In this document: piece by piece, positions 12,871 to 25,000 of the stretch
Numbering within the stretch: the stretch's first letter is position 1
How the letters are laid out: each line of letters starts with the position of its first letter
DNA from: Botryllus schlosseri
Lineage: Eukaryota
Assembly: GCA_051294905.1 (NCBI GenBank)
Contig: CM119377.1
Span: 7,750,001-7,814,000 of the forward strand
Reading direction: 5' to 3'
DNA: 64,000 nt
Notes under the pieces: model-generated
Seen by the model: only the letters and a program-made list of their open reading frames with translations
The model's database searches: none
What the model was told of the DNA's origin: nothing
Made by a program: the position numbers and the translations under genes

Positions 12871-15545
12871 TTAAACAGTAAACGCACAAATATATACTTG
12901 TACATTGCGATACAGCATGAAATTGCAAGACGAATTAGGTGAATACTTGTGAGGTAATAGCAAATTTGATTATTGGCAGATCGCAATCGCACTGGGTATT
13001 TGTTTTGTTGTATATATGTATTATATGTAGGAGCGTCGAGCGTATGTGATCAGTTGCTAGATTGATGTCCGGGTACATTCACAGTCATCATCATCATCAT
13101 TGGTTTATTAGCAATTTTATCAGTTCAATGCACCACAAAAAATGCGATACAATGAAAAGAAAGGAAGATGTCGAAGCGACTAGGAGTTGTCTATGGAATC
13201 AAACACCCACCTTGCCCTATGCGATGTAAGAGGAGGCATGCACACTGAATGAAAGTAAGAAAGATAGTATAGAAAAAGGAAGCGACAAGAAATAGGGCGG
13301 CATGTCATGGCAAGCGAGTCATGTGCTAAAGTCAGCTAGATTTTTTATCAGCATGTCGACGATTATGTAATACATTAACCCTGTACGTGTAATTATGAAC
13401 CCTGAAGTCTACGATGACGACTCGTTTGTACGCAAGACGCGAATACGAATAAATTGTGATTTGATTGAGAACTTTTCTAACATTAAAAATCTATTATGTC
13501 ATGGGTACGGTGTAGTGAAGTCGGCGCTGGCCATCTCTACAATTCTCTGCTACGGGTTTGTGTTATACGCTGACCATGAAATGCGGAACACACTGACTTT
13601 TGTTAGGAATAACTCCGGCAGTGATGCGAACAATACGAATGTTATTATGAGTTCATGACCAAGAGTATGTTGAAGTTATTTACTACTGCGTGTTTCTTTG
13701 GAATAACTGTGATAGTAGGCTACAAATGAACAGATCACTCTTAAATTACCACACTGTCATTCAATGGTATCCTGGTGACAGGTAGAAAACGACATGTCCG
13801 CTGTAGAATTCACAATTGTGCAACGCTATGCTTAGTCACGCTCAATGCCTGTATCTCCTAAATCAGTGAAATTTACTAAACAAACCAGGAGTAACCGAAA
13901 TCGAGATACTACAGATCAAATAGTATGAAGGCCAGTTGGTGGGCTACACAATTTATCGACGCCTCAGACGAATGATCCCATGCTATGAAACTTGGATTGG
14001 CGTAGTTTTGCATCGTCTTCCGGGTCGTTCTACCCTTCTCGTTATTTCGACTATACCTAAATCACCAACAAATCGGAATCAGTTGGATAGCCATGCTTGA
14101 AACATTGTGTAAACTTTATCCAGCAGATTGTCTACGATGGTAAATTTTGAGTCGCGTTAAAATTGTAAGAAACTATTTATTTAGCTTAGGATGATGAAAT
14201 CCGCTATCTGATTTGATCGACACACAGCGCCTCGTTGAGATCATTAGCCGAACTGCTCAAGCAAACGATTTCCAGTGACCTGAACAGGTTTATAGAACTG
14301 GAAACCAACAAAATATTAAGGTTCAAAATTTCTTCATGGACGGCATTTACACCGCCATATCTGACATGTGACATGAATTTGCGGCTTTATTACGGTACCA
14401 TATCAGCAATAAACTGTAAAGTGTGTGATATCGTCGGTATATATTTTTAGGCGGACAAGTCTTCCAATAACGATTTGTAGCGTCCCTGGTACGGCATGTC
14501 AAGACCTAACACAAACTACCTTGTATTTGTGGGTTCTGTATCTTGTCTTTTTGCAATTGCCGTCATCAGTAGGCCTAACACAAGTCTCTATGGTGTTATA
14601 CGTATATTTGCATATTCACGCAGCATAACAAAAACACAGCGACCCACTCAAAACAATACAACCTACTTTTCACACACAATACCCACAAATCCATACACAC
14701 ACCCCACTTGCCTCGTCACTCCCAGACACTTCTGCACTACCCTACTTCAACCCCGCAATATACTCACACAAACCAACTCTAGTCCCGCTCTCAGCCAGAC
14801 TATTGCAATAACCAATCCCCCGTGTAGCTTATAGGCTACATTCACAGAAATTTCCCGTGCATTCTGGAAAGAGGTCGATGACAACTCAAGGCGATTACCT
14901 GGGCGTTACATATAATCATTCAGGAAATGGGATCACATTATGTATAAATGCCATATGATTTATTGAAAATCGGAAATGAAACGTTGAACTTGTACCAAGA
15001 GCACAGACGCAATAATGTTGTTTAATCGGCAATAAATAACCTGCTAAGAATTATTGAGGAAGTTGTCGATCGTTGTTCGTTAAGTCCTGTATAGATCTGT
15101 TTTTGTCAGGAAATCATAGCCACGCGATCATCGTGTTGCTATTGGTCAGATAAAAATACATATGTCAATAAATTTCCATGCCGGATTATGTACCTACACA
15201 GTTCGCATATGAATAAGACAGGAGCTTTGACCATTACGGTCAACCCGTTAAAACACTGTCTGGGTCAGGACATAGTAAACAGAAATAGATAATAAGATGC
15301 GGAACAATGAATATGGTAGAAAGACGACGTCACGATGTTCGAAAAATTGCTAGGCGCGATATCAAATTCCGATATTGTAAAAATGTAAGTGATGAGAATC
15401 ATAGCAACCACGTGACGCCACAATTCAAAAAAAAATATGTTAGAACGTTCCGAATCGGCAGCTTGCGAAGGACAGTCTTTCGACCGCGGGCCTGCCACAG
15501 GAGCCCGTGTATAGCAAATTCTCTGGCTATCACGCATACGGCGGA

Positions 15546-18500
15546 TCAGGCAATCGACGTTCTTTTCAGTTTAAAGCCTTTTCTGATATCTTTCAATAAG
15601 TTGTCGACGATGCAACCGCCCTGTTCTTCTTCCTGCACCAGTTGTAGCGAGGACTTTGCGGCTTGCTCTGGATTTTTCGCGTCCTTCTGCTCTTTCAGCG
15701 ACTTCTGTTTCTCCAGCAGCTCCTGCCGCTTTCTTCGCTTTTCTTCTTGTACCGCTCGCTCTTTGTTTTCCTTGACCGCCATTTTCACCTAAGAGAGAGA
15801 GACAGGCAATCATTATTCAATCATCCAACCGAGATACATGACAAACAAAAAGCATCAATGATGATGCAGAAGAAAAAAAACGCATATAAATTATTCTGTA
15901 TCAGAGTGATCGATACTGTAGGGCTACAGGCACAATGATTCCAGTACCCGAATCTGGATCGAGTATAAATTCTAATGATTCGAGTTGAGTAGTGACAGAT
16001 GATCTCTTGGAGTATACTGAGATTATACGCTCCTTGTCATTGTAATAGCCAATTCAAAATCCACCAATTAAAATTATAGTTTCGATAGTGTTTTAAACTG
16101 TGGAAGCCCTGAAACCTCGATGGACCGTATCGATGCACAGTGCACCTGCACACGAAACATGTATAGCAATAGGTATACTAAAATAATACTCGATTGCGAA
16201 TCGAATCATTCTGGTACTCGATTTTGTCCCGCCCTAATCGATACGACCTTAAAGTCTGATCCCACCCGCATCAAACAAGTAGCCTACGCTGCCTCTACAC
16301 CAGGGGTCACCAATTCAAAGCGGTTCGCGGGCCACATTTCAAATTTCGTAGAGGCCGCGAGCCGCATGAATTCAATATCGAGATAAAATAGGCCACACAG
16401 TTTAACACCACGTTTTTAAAACTGTACGTCAGTACACCGTTGTGCATTCTGACATGGGCGACGGGCATGGTTACCACAAAATAAATAATATTTTATTAAA
16501 AAATAAATATATATACAACAAAGCTATCACGATCATCACTTTCGTTCAATTTTAAACTATGAGCTTCTCGCGATACCTAACAATACTTCGCAGCGACTAA
16601 AGAATCGATATTGGCATTAGCTATCCACGAAGAATTAAATAACAAATATCAAACATGTAAAATTAGAAGCAACGTCAGGGTTAAGAATAGAGCAACAGTG
16701 CTTTTACCTGGGCGACGAATTTCGCGCACGTCTGCAGGCAATCTTCCAGCTTGAATTTCTTCTCGTCCTCGACGAAGTAATTGGCGAGCTGCGCGTGCAG
16801 GTCGTTCATTTCCGTCACTTCGTCGTTCACCTTTCCCATTTCGGCTTTCGCGTTTTCCAAAAACGGCAGGAACTGCTCCTTCATGTCGTCGTTGGAGTTT
16901 TCGATTTTCTGCGCGAGGTTCTTCAGATCCGAGTTCAGTTTCGTCACAGCCGACTTTATGTTATCGATCGATACTGACTGGCATTTCACGACCGGTTCTA
17001 ATTCGTCTATGACTTTCAGCAAGCCAGGGTGCTTCTTTTCAGCCTCTTCGACAACGTAATGCAGCAAAGTCATACGGGGTTTGTTGGATTTTGTCTCGGC
17101 GAGACGCAGTAGTGAGGAGAACGTAAACGCGTCGGCGTTTCCGGAGTAAGCCCCGAAATTCAAAAAGTTCCCCATTTTCAGTATAATCGCCAACATATCG
17201 GCCAGATTTTTAGACCCTTTGATGACCCTGCCCGCCGCGAGCACTTTTGACAGGTCAGTGTTCGCGTCGGTATACGCTTCGCGGAATTCCCGTTGCATTA
17301 TCATAGCGTCTAACCGAAGCATGCAGTGCGGGATGCCAATCAAGTTTATTAAATAGTCCTCGGCTTTGCCTAACTTTGCCCTATCTCCCTTGAACGAGCG
17401 CAGCGTCTCCGCCTCGTATTGATCCGGATATAGCTTCTTCATGTTTTTCAGTCTTTCCTCCGTTATCGTGTCGTTGGTCGCGTTCGATTTTATGAGCGCT
17501 ATGATTTCCGCGTTGGGAAGTTTGAACTGTTTTAAGAAGATGTTAATATTCAAACTTCTTTTCCCGTCGATCAAGGTGATCTCAGTAGGCTCGGTTTTCT
17601 TCGTTTGAGCCTTTTCCTTCTTTTGTATGACTTTCTGCGCGAACAGCTCCTCGATCGTATTAAAATCTGGTTCTAAATTCGACTTATCGCTTTCGGGACT
17701 GCTTAACGAGCTCCACACCGACCCTTTGTTTCCAGAAACGCGAGATGACGGTATCTTTTGCCAGTTAAACTTTCTTAGCTTCGCTTTGGGCTTGGGTACT
17801 GAAGATGCTCTTTGTAATGGAGGGGCTCCGTAGCTTCCCCCTGGCGGAGGGGGCGGTGGCGGTGCCCCTGGTACGCCAGGTGGTGGCGGTGGAGGGGGTG
17901 GGGCACCGGGAACACCAGGAGGGGGTGGTGGGGGTGGGGGTCCAGGAACACCGGGAGGAGGTGGTGGTGGTGGTACAGGAACGCCAGGCGGAGGTGGTGG
18001 GGGTGGGGGTGCAGGAACACCAGGAGGAGGTGGTGGGGACGGTGGTCCGGGAACACCAGGCGGTGGTGGTGGCGGCGGTGGTGGTGGTGGTACGGGAACA
18101 CCAGGAGGTGGTGGCGGCGGGGGTGGTGGCGGCGGCGCGGGGGGTGCAGTGGGAATAACTGGAGGGGGAGGTGGGGCTGGTGGTGCAGTGGGGACACCTG
18201 TTGGGGGTGGTGGTGGAGGCGGTGGTGCAGGTGGAGCCCGGAGACCGTTGGTAGGAGGTGGTGGAGGGGAAGAATTGTTTGACAGTGGCACTAACAAAGG
18301 AGCCATAGGGATATTCTTATGGGGAGGTGCTTGAGAGGGCGTTAGAGTAAGAATATCGCAATCCGCTGAGAAGTCAATCAACGGGTCTTCTGACGAACAC
18401 GAAGAGGCATACGACGGCTGAAAGGTTTTCACTTCGTTCTCAAGAGTCTTTTGAATGTCAGCCTCTGTTTTTTTGATACTAACTTTTTGTGAAAACGTGT

Positions 18501-19458
18501 GAATGGCCTTCCATACGAGATCAGCCTCTTTCTCGTCCGGCTCAAGTTGCAAGAGGCATTGCAGTATGTTTAGAAAATAGCCGCCCTGGGCGTTATTACA
18601 CACTTTGTTGTATATCGCCTCGAATACGTCCTTGTGATCGTCGAGATTGATTGATTTACTGCCGGTCAACGCACCGAAGTCGTCGTCATCCTCGAGTTTA
18701 CTTTCCTCGAAAACGTCGATTTGGATGAGCAGGTCTTCGACGTCTTCGTTACGCAATTTCTTGAGCACATCCAGAATATCCAAAGCTATAAATTCGTTTC
18801 GGATCTGCATGCGCTTAGGTAAATTTTCGGTGGATATAATAATTGCATTAATGAAAGACAGTATCGAGATTTGATATGGATTGTTGTCCGCATCCCTCAG
18901 CTCATTCACGACGACGCTAAAGCGATGACGCAACAATTTAGCTCGCATGAAGTTCTCCATTGCGTCCACGGCTCTTCGCCTGCCCTTTTCAGTGTAGATG
19001 GACAGGGCTGCCATTAATTCGAAAACTTGTTTCTTTATCATGATATTTGGCGTGTCCAAGGCTGACGACAGCTTTCTCGTGTACCCATCGTGGCTAACGA
19101 TATGATCCAATCCTACCTTAGAGTTCATGACTGTTTTCACACATTCTACGCACTGCAAAATCTCCATCGATCTATTCCATGAGAAAGTTTTGTTCTCGGC
19201 GCTTCGTTTCGACAAACGATCCAAGGTGCTGAACAAAGCGTCCAAGCCGTCTTGTTCCAAAAAGGACAGCATCCATTGCACGTCGGCGGTCTTGATCTTG
19301 TGTTTGAATCCGGAGAAATTTTGCATGGACGGATATTGCAAGAGTTTGATGCATAGCTCCGGGTCGGCGTTTTCCAGATTAGCCACTTGCTCCTCCAATT
19401 CCTCTTTTTCCTTATGCGCCTTTTTAATGGCGGTAGCCCACATCCGCTTGCCCAACAT
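15546..19458 (-). CDS. INF2: Inverted formin-2 (DID, FH1, FH2, WH2/DAD), 997 aa, 2 coding exons
   Basis: Exons 16708-19458 and 15546-15788 (phase 0, GT-AG). N-terminal ANLENADPELCIKLLQYPS and LDTPNIMIKKQVFELMAAL, polyproline FH1, FH2 starting KLRKFNWQKIP, C-terminal CIVDNLLKDIRKGFKLKRT. Confidence 0.93.
15917..16236. mobile_element. Possible hAT-like MITE in the INF2 intron
   Basis: TAGGGC at the left (with 2 extra nt) and GCCCTA at the right, flanked by a direct 8-bp repeat ATCGATAC (15909-15916, 16237-16244). TIR similarity is weak. Confidence 0.35.
16301..16410 (+). mobile_element. hAT-like element end fragment (CAGGGGTC...GCGGGCCAC)
   Basis: ~110 bp homologous to the inverted copy at ~24040-24149. 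The CAGGGGT start and GCGGGCC motif are typical of hAT MITEs. Confidence 0.6.
17838..18262 (-). repeat. Coding polyproline repeat (FH1), units of (P)n-GVP/GAP
   Basis: G-rich GGT/GGC/GGG tract on the + strand, translating to PPPPPPPPGVP(G/A/V)P units inside INF2. Confidence 0.9.
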
Positions 19459-22400
19459 ATCGCTCAGAATAGTCCGAGATTATTAACAGAAACTGACTAC
19501 ATTCCAGGTCAAAGACAGAAGTCCCAGTATGATATATGCGCTATAACTTCTGTGCCGAATTTCAAAAGTGCAGTTAATGTGTAACTGATTGCCAGAACGA
19601 CGAAGTTCACTTTATAGCCACGCATTAAGTATATCTCTTCTACCTACGGCTACGCCATATAGGAACCGTTTCACGCGCGTAGACGCTCATTTGATGGATT
19701 GGCAATTCATGCAAAACTTGGGCTACTCGACGTTGAAAAGTATGACAACATATTAAGGTGCTAAGTGTTAAATCAGCAAAATCGAACCTCCAATCGGTTA
19801 GCAATATCGTGACCTGCTGACCAAGTAAAATGTTACACACTTCAGTTCAATCCTAATTACACCGCACTCACGCGCTTGCTGTCTAAATATGATTCAACAT
19901 GATACAGCTCCTACTTAATTCTTCGAGTTTGTGATATTAGTTTCAGTTGTACTCGTTAATTTAATGTCAATATTTTCATCTTCGCCCCATATAATATATC
20001 ATTAGCATTGCTACTCGGCGAATCGCTAGATCATCGGGATCTGCCGTAAAGCCATCGTGATCTGCCGGGAATGGCTTCGCGATCTACGGCAGACCGCAAT
20101 ATCTGTACTGAGCAGTATGCGCACTGCGCAGTGAGCACCGAATGGCTACATAATAGCCGACTTCCTAAAAAGTATTCAATTATAGCTGATAAACCCGGAT
20201 TTATATATTGGTAAAAGGCAGCGCCATCAAACAAATTTCAGAGTAAAGTAATATGATTCAAATCAGCCAGCATTTGCGTTCTCGATTTGGGTATGTTAGG
20301 CCTGCCTGTACACCTGTAATACTTAATTACTTATATACACATTACACATTTGTCCGATAATAACGCGGACGATAAAACACGCCGATAAACCCGATTACGA
20401 CGAATAATTTGCTGTATTTCGCCAACATCAAGACGTAACGCCTAACGCCATAATTTTAAGAGGACACTGCTGGGGCAATTTCGTTTTACGCCCCTACAAA
20501 TACACCTTCGGGCGCTACGTCCTACGTCATGTAGGCTACACATAACTTTCGTTCAACGCGGAGATTTTCAAGTAGTCAAAATATTTCAACATTTCGATGG
20601 TACTTCTACCACCATTGAAGATGAAACAAAATCTGAAACCGATGAAGCGTCAAAGCATTCCACCCTAGACAAATACTTTGCTGACTAATCGGACAGCAGC
20701 GTATAAAGAAGCGTATAAAGAACTTTACGATTTTCTGCCTCTGGCGTCAGCACGTTACACAAAAACCGGCAAGTGTAGCGTGATAGCTGTAATTATTAAA
20801 CGATCTTCGGGCTTTAATGTGCTTTAAGGCACGTCATACAACTCGAGATATGAAATAGGTGGGACGGAATGTAGGAAGAGCGAACCTATACAATACGATA
20901 CTGATACGATATGCACAGCTTTCTCGGTGATCAAATTTGTACAGAAGTCACTAACGGTTGAGGGATGTCGCCTTTCACTTCACACCCCATAGATACTATA
21001 CATACATCAGCATCAATAAAGACACACGTTCCAATAACAAAATCTGTTTACCTTAGCGAACATCGAAAACAAGCTTTCCTATCGCGATATGTGTTGCTGG
21101 ACAACATATAGCCTACGTATAATCGTAATTAGTTATTCACCAAACCAGCTTCGGACAGTGAAAGACACTACTTAGCTATCGCGCTTCTCTGCTGGCCATT
21201 TGCAGTCGTATTGACCAGCACGACCATATTAGCGAGCTGTAAACCCTCACAACATTTCACGATCTAAGCTCATGGTTTATGGCAGCGCGGACTGTTGCGA
21301 TGTAACATTTACATTAGTATTTTTCACTGACCTATATAATCACATCTTTACAGATTTGTTAGCGTCACCTTGCGGGTAGCATGTCTGCGCGATAACTGAT
21401 GGAAGAACCATGAGATATTTGGGGTGACAACCTTTCAACTTCCTATATACACCTAGAAAGAGTCGTGTCGTAAATATCGTGTATAATCTACCTAGAAGGG
21501 TAATGTCCTTGCCATGTCTATTTCACACTTATCTTACCAACATATGTCATCTACCATAGCTATAACATTGTTTATGATTTAGGATTACCATACTTTGGCA
21601 GTGTGCGAGTACTTTCCGGATGACGAACATACCGCGATCAGGCGATCTACCGATTCTAATTCTTTCTTAAACATATTCTAAAGTCTGGTCGGCTAGCCGC
21701 CTTTTATAGCTGCGTTAAACCCGAATACGGCGGACATTTTCATTACATCGCAGACTTGAAGACATATAACGCCACAATTTCAACATGTCAATATACGACC
21801 TATACTTGGAAAAATTGGCAATTTCGTTTTCCACCCAGGCTTTATATATAGCTTCAAGTGCTATAGGACTGTCCCGAGTAATATAGACAGATCTAGATTT
21901 CGACGCAATAACTGCTAGCCTACTTTCATTTCCGTCGAATGTGAAAGAAGCACTTATACCGAATATTTTGAAAATCGATGAAGCGTCAAAACATTGCACC
22001 CAAGTTAAGATAAAGACTTTTCTGACTGGTCGGTCTGTAACGTAGGCCTTCGCATAACTTTATTTGAACTCAGGACTGACATAGCATCAAACATTTGGTA
22101 TTGTTATACGTTAGGCTATAGTTTTTCTCGTACAAATCGAGATTTGCTATTGTATCCTTGTTACTAGTGAATTATGCTTTAATATTCTCTTGGCAGACTG
22201 TAGGCTATTATAAGTGTATCTGTATAATTATTAATTATACTCCTGGTCTCTGGCAAGCCATGAAAATGATTTTAATATCACTTCCATTCCCATCAACGTT
22301 CCAAGGGTGAACGATATGAGCGTGTGCATTGAGCATTGAGCGAGAATCACCATGTAGCCTACCTTGTGTATTGTTGTAATTCCACCTGTCGAATATCCTA

Positions 22401-22694
22401 TCCTATTGACATGTTCAGATATACATTTCCATGGTTTTGTTACGATCCGATACCAAATCATATATGACAATTATTCGCTGCGAATAATTGCTTTGTGATC
22501 CTCTACATACGTAGATATGGGTTATAAATTGATCGAGTTCAAGTTTATTCATAAAATTTCATCACTTCAAAACATCACAAGACTGTAATAGGAAGATACC
22601 GAAACCACTAGGAGTAGTCTTAAGATCAGATACCCACCTGGGCCTAGGCAGGCAACTTCTCCAGTGGGCGGGCCGGATACAGGAAAATGAAGTA

Positions 22695-22903
22695 GGGGAG
22701 ATGTGGTACCAATGGATCACTGGGGCCGCAAATACTTAGAAAATTCTCTATGATAATTCCATGATTACACTCCGTGAACTTGTCTGCAATTGCTCGGTGG
22801 CAAAATCTTTCCTCACATAAAAAGAAATTCGACGTGCGCGAGCTATGGGGTCTCTCACAGATGTTTTTTTGTTTTGGGGGATGTAAAGTAAATTTATATC
22901 GAC

Positions 22904-22940
<37 letters not shown>

Positions 22941-23721
22941 TATGATATTCTTTTTCGCCTGCACCATCGATACATTTTTCTTTGTAACCCTCAACACGAA
23001 CAAACCAGCAATCATTTTTATTGTGACGTGCAGGGCTTGTATCAGGCTATATAATGGCACCTATTATTTTTTTCAGTACTTTCCTTGAGTGGAATTTTTT
23101 TCGATTAATATATAAAATTCTAGGGGTGGGGACCGATGATACCATAGCCAAATCAAGCAAAATAATGAAGCATACTAATCATAAAACAAATGAAACAAGC
23201 CTACGTACAGAAAATCTTTATGTAATAATTGCATATGATATTTCATCGCTATAACGAGGTGTTTGGAAGTCACACTGTCGATTTTCGGGCAATATCTATG
23301 TACCCTCAAATTTATAAGTCCGAGCCTAAATCGAAACGTGATTTTATGACAACATTTGAGTAAATATTTATTCTATTTCTTGACGGTTGCGATCAAACAT
23401 TCTTCTTTGGCTTACTGTAGCTTAGATTATAATACTGAGCAAGAACAGTTGTCACATCTGAGGCATTTAGGGTATATGTGTCATAGGTCCCCGGGTCGTG
23501 TGCCATTGGACCCACAGGGTGGGGACCGATGACACGTTCGAGCAACAAATTTTGAACCTCCATAAATATTTTTTGAAAAGACGGATATTCATGTATATGT
23601 GCGCGATAGGTATAGCTTGTATCAAAGTGCTGAGTAAGCAAAAGACCTGCTGTTTTCGGCTGAACATTTTGGGGCCAGCGATCATTTTCCAATTTTTGAT
23701 CCATCGGTACCACATCTCCCC
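22695..23721. mobile_element. TA-flanked MITE (Tc1/mariner-pogo type)
   Basis: TIR GGGGAGATGTGGTACC(A/G)ATGGATCA at both ends; TA on both flanks (22693-22694, 23722-23723). No recognisable transposase ORF. Confidence 0.75.
22904..22940. repeat. Compound (TA)n(GA)n microsatellite
   Basis: Seen directly: an ATATAT run followed by a GAGAGA run, inside the TA-flanked MITE. Confidence 0.95.
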
Positions 23722-24039
23722 TACTAATTGGCGGCCGGATTGCTGAATCGATACATTATTGCCTTATTTATCCACATATACAAGGTGTAAATAGTATTTA
23801 TTGAATGTATTTTAACGACAGCAATGTCACTTTAAAGCCATTTCTCGCCGATAATGACGAAGAAAATGTGGATTTGAGAACAGAATCGTCATACAGGCGC
23901 CGCCCTGTCTGCTTCTCTCTGATCAATCAACACACGGTGCAATCACTAATTAAGATTTCAAGGCGTTCGATAAGCCCGCGGTACCCCAAATTTACCAAGA
24001 TATCAATTCATTAGGGCTGAGTGGGTGATGAGATAGGGT

Positions 24040-24149
24040 CGTTGTTCAACTGTGTGGCCTATTTTATCTCGATATTGAATTCATGCGAACCATGGCTTCT
24101 ACGACATTTGAAAAGTGGCCCGCGACCCATTTTGAGTTGGCGACCCCTG
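24040..24149 (-). mobile_element. hAT-like element end fragment, inverted homolog of 16301-16410
   Basis: Reverse complement CAGGGGTCGCCAACTCAAAATGGGTCGCGGGCCAC...TCGAGATAAAATAGGCCACACAGTT. Confidence 0.6.
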
Positions 24150-24291
24150 GCGGCGTCTTACAAAAGCCTGGAAGTGTGCCGTGCCACAAGTTGGCGGCTA
24201 CGGAATCAAAAATAAGAAATATCGGTCTGGTGTAAATGACCATAGTAGTCGACAAACACCATGATTACCACAAACGATATTAGGGTTGAGT

Positions 24292-24762
24292 CAGAGATGA
24301 GCGGATTTGAAATTTCTATGTCCTAATCCAATCCAAATCCGAACCTTTGAATCCATATCTAAATCCTAATCCATAACTTTTTCATATTCAAGTCCATGTC
24401 CAATCCTAATCCGATTTCAACTGGAAATTCAGAAAATATACTAATTTATGCAATGGAGGGATTCGAAAATTTTCTTTCACAACCAACGATTCACTTGATT
24501 CAAGATAACTTAGTAACCATAAGTACATTAATAACTGATCTGAATAAAGTTTGTCGACATCCTTTATAGGCCATATCGTCACCTCCAGTCAACTTTTTAT
24601 GTTTGACGAAACAATAAATGTCTGTCTGTCAAATGTCTGTCATTCGCCACACGACATTTCAATCTCCCAGAAAATAGGTAAATCCAATCCAAATCCGACA
24701 AGATTTCACAAATCCTGTTTTTTCAAAACCTAATCCTAGTCCATGCTCATTGCTCATCTCTG
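24292..24762. mobile_element. hAT MITE family G (AATCC subterminal repeats)
   Basis: TIR CAGAGATGAGC / GCTCATCTCTG; perfect TSD GGTTGAGT (24284-24291, 24763-24770); many AATCC/ATCCAA motifs near both ends. Confidence 0.88.
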
Positions 24763-25000
24763 GGTTGAGTACATCGTAAATGCCGACAATGCCAGTCTTC
24801 CCGCTTCGACGAAGTTACGCGTAAGCTTCACTCCCGCACGCTGCGTAGTGCGCTTTTACATGTATAGAATAACATACAGTCACTAAAATTTGACGTAGTA
24901 AGCAAGTAGCGGGGGATATCGGCAGACTGTAGCCGCGGGCCACATTATTAAGACGGAAAACTGTCCGCGGGCCGGACAAACTCCCGTCGCGGTCCGGATC

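Noticed and set aside
13395-14834. Short ORFs between the iGluR and INF2
   Set aside because: No recognisable motifs or consistent splice structure; 14496-14834 is CA-rich low-complexity sequence.
17627-19486. Multiple His/Pro-, Val- and Gly-rich ORFs overlapping INF2
   Set aside because: Alternative-frame and antisense shadows of the GC-rich FH1 repeat and the long coding exon.
16301-24149. Inverted pair of hAT-like ends bracketing the large INF2 exon, suggesting a Pack-type element that captured INF2
   Set aside because: Flanks do not match (CTCTACAC vs GCGGCGTC), so there is no TSD, and INF2 exon 2 lies outside. Better explained as two independent fragments.
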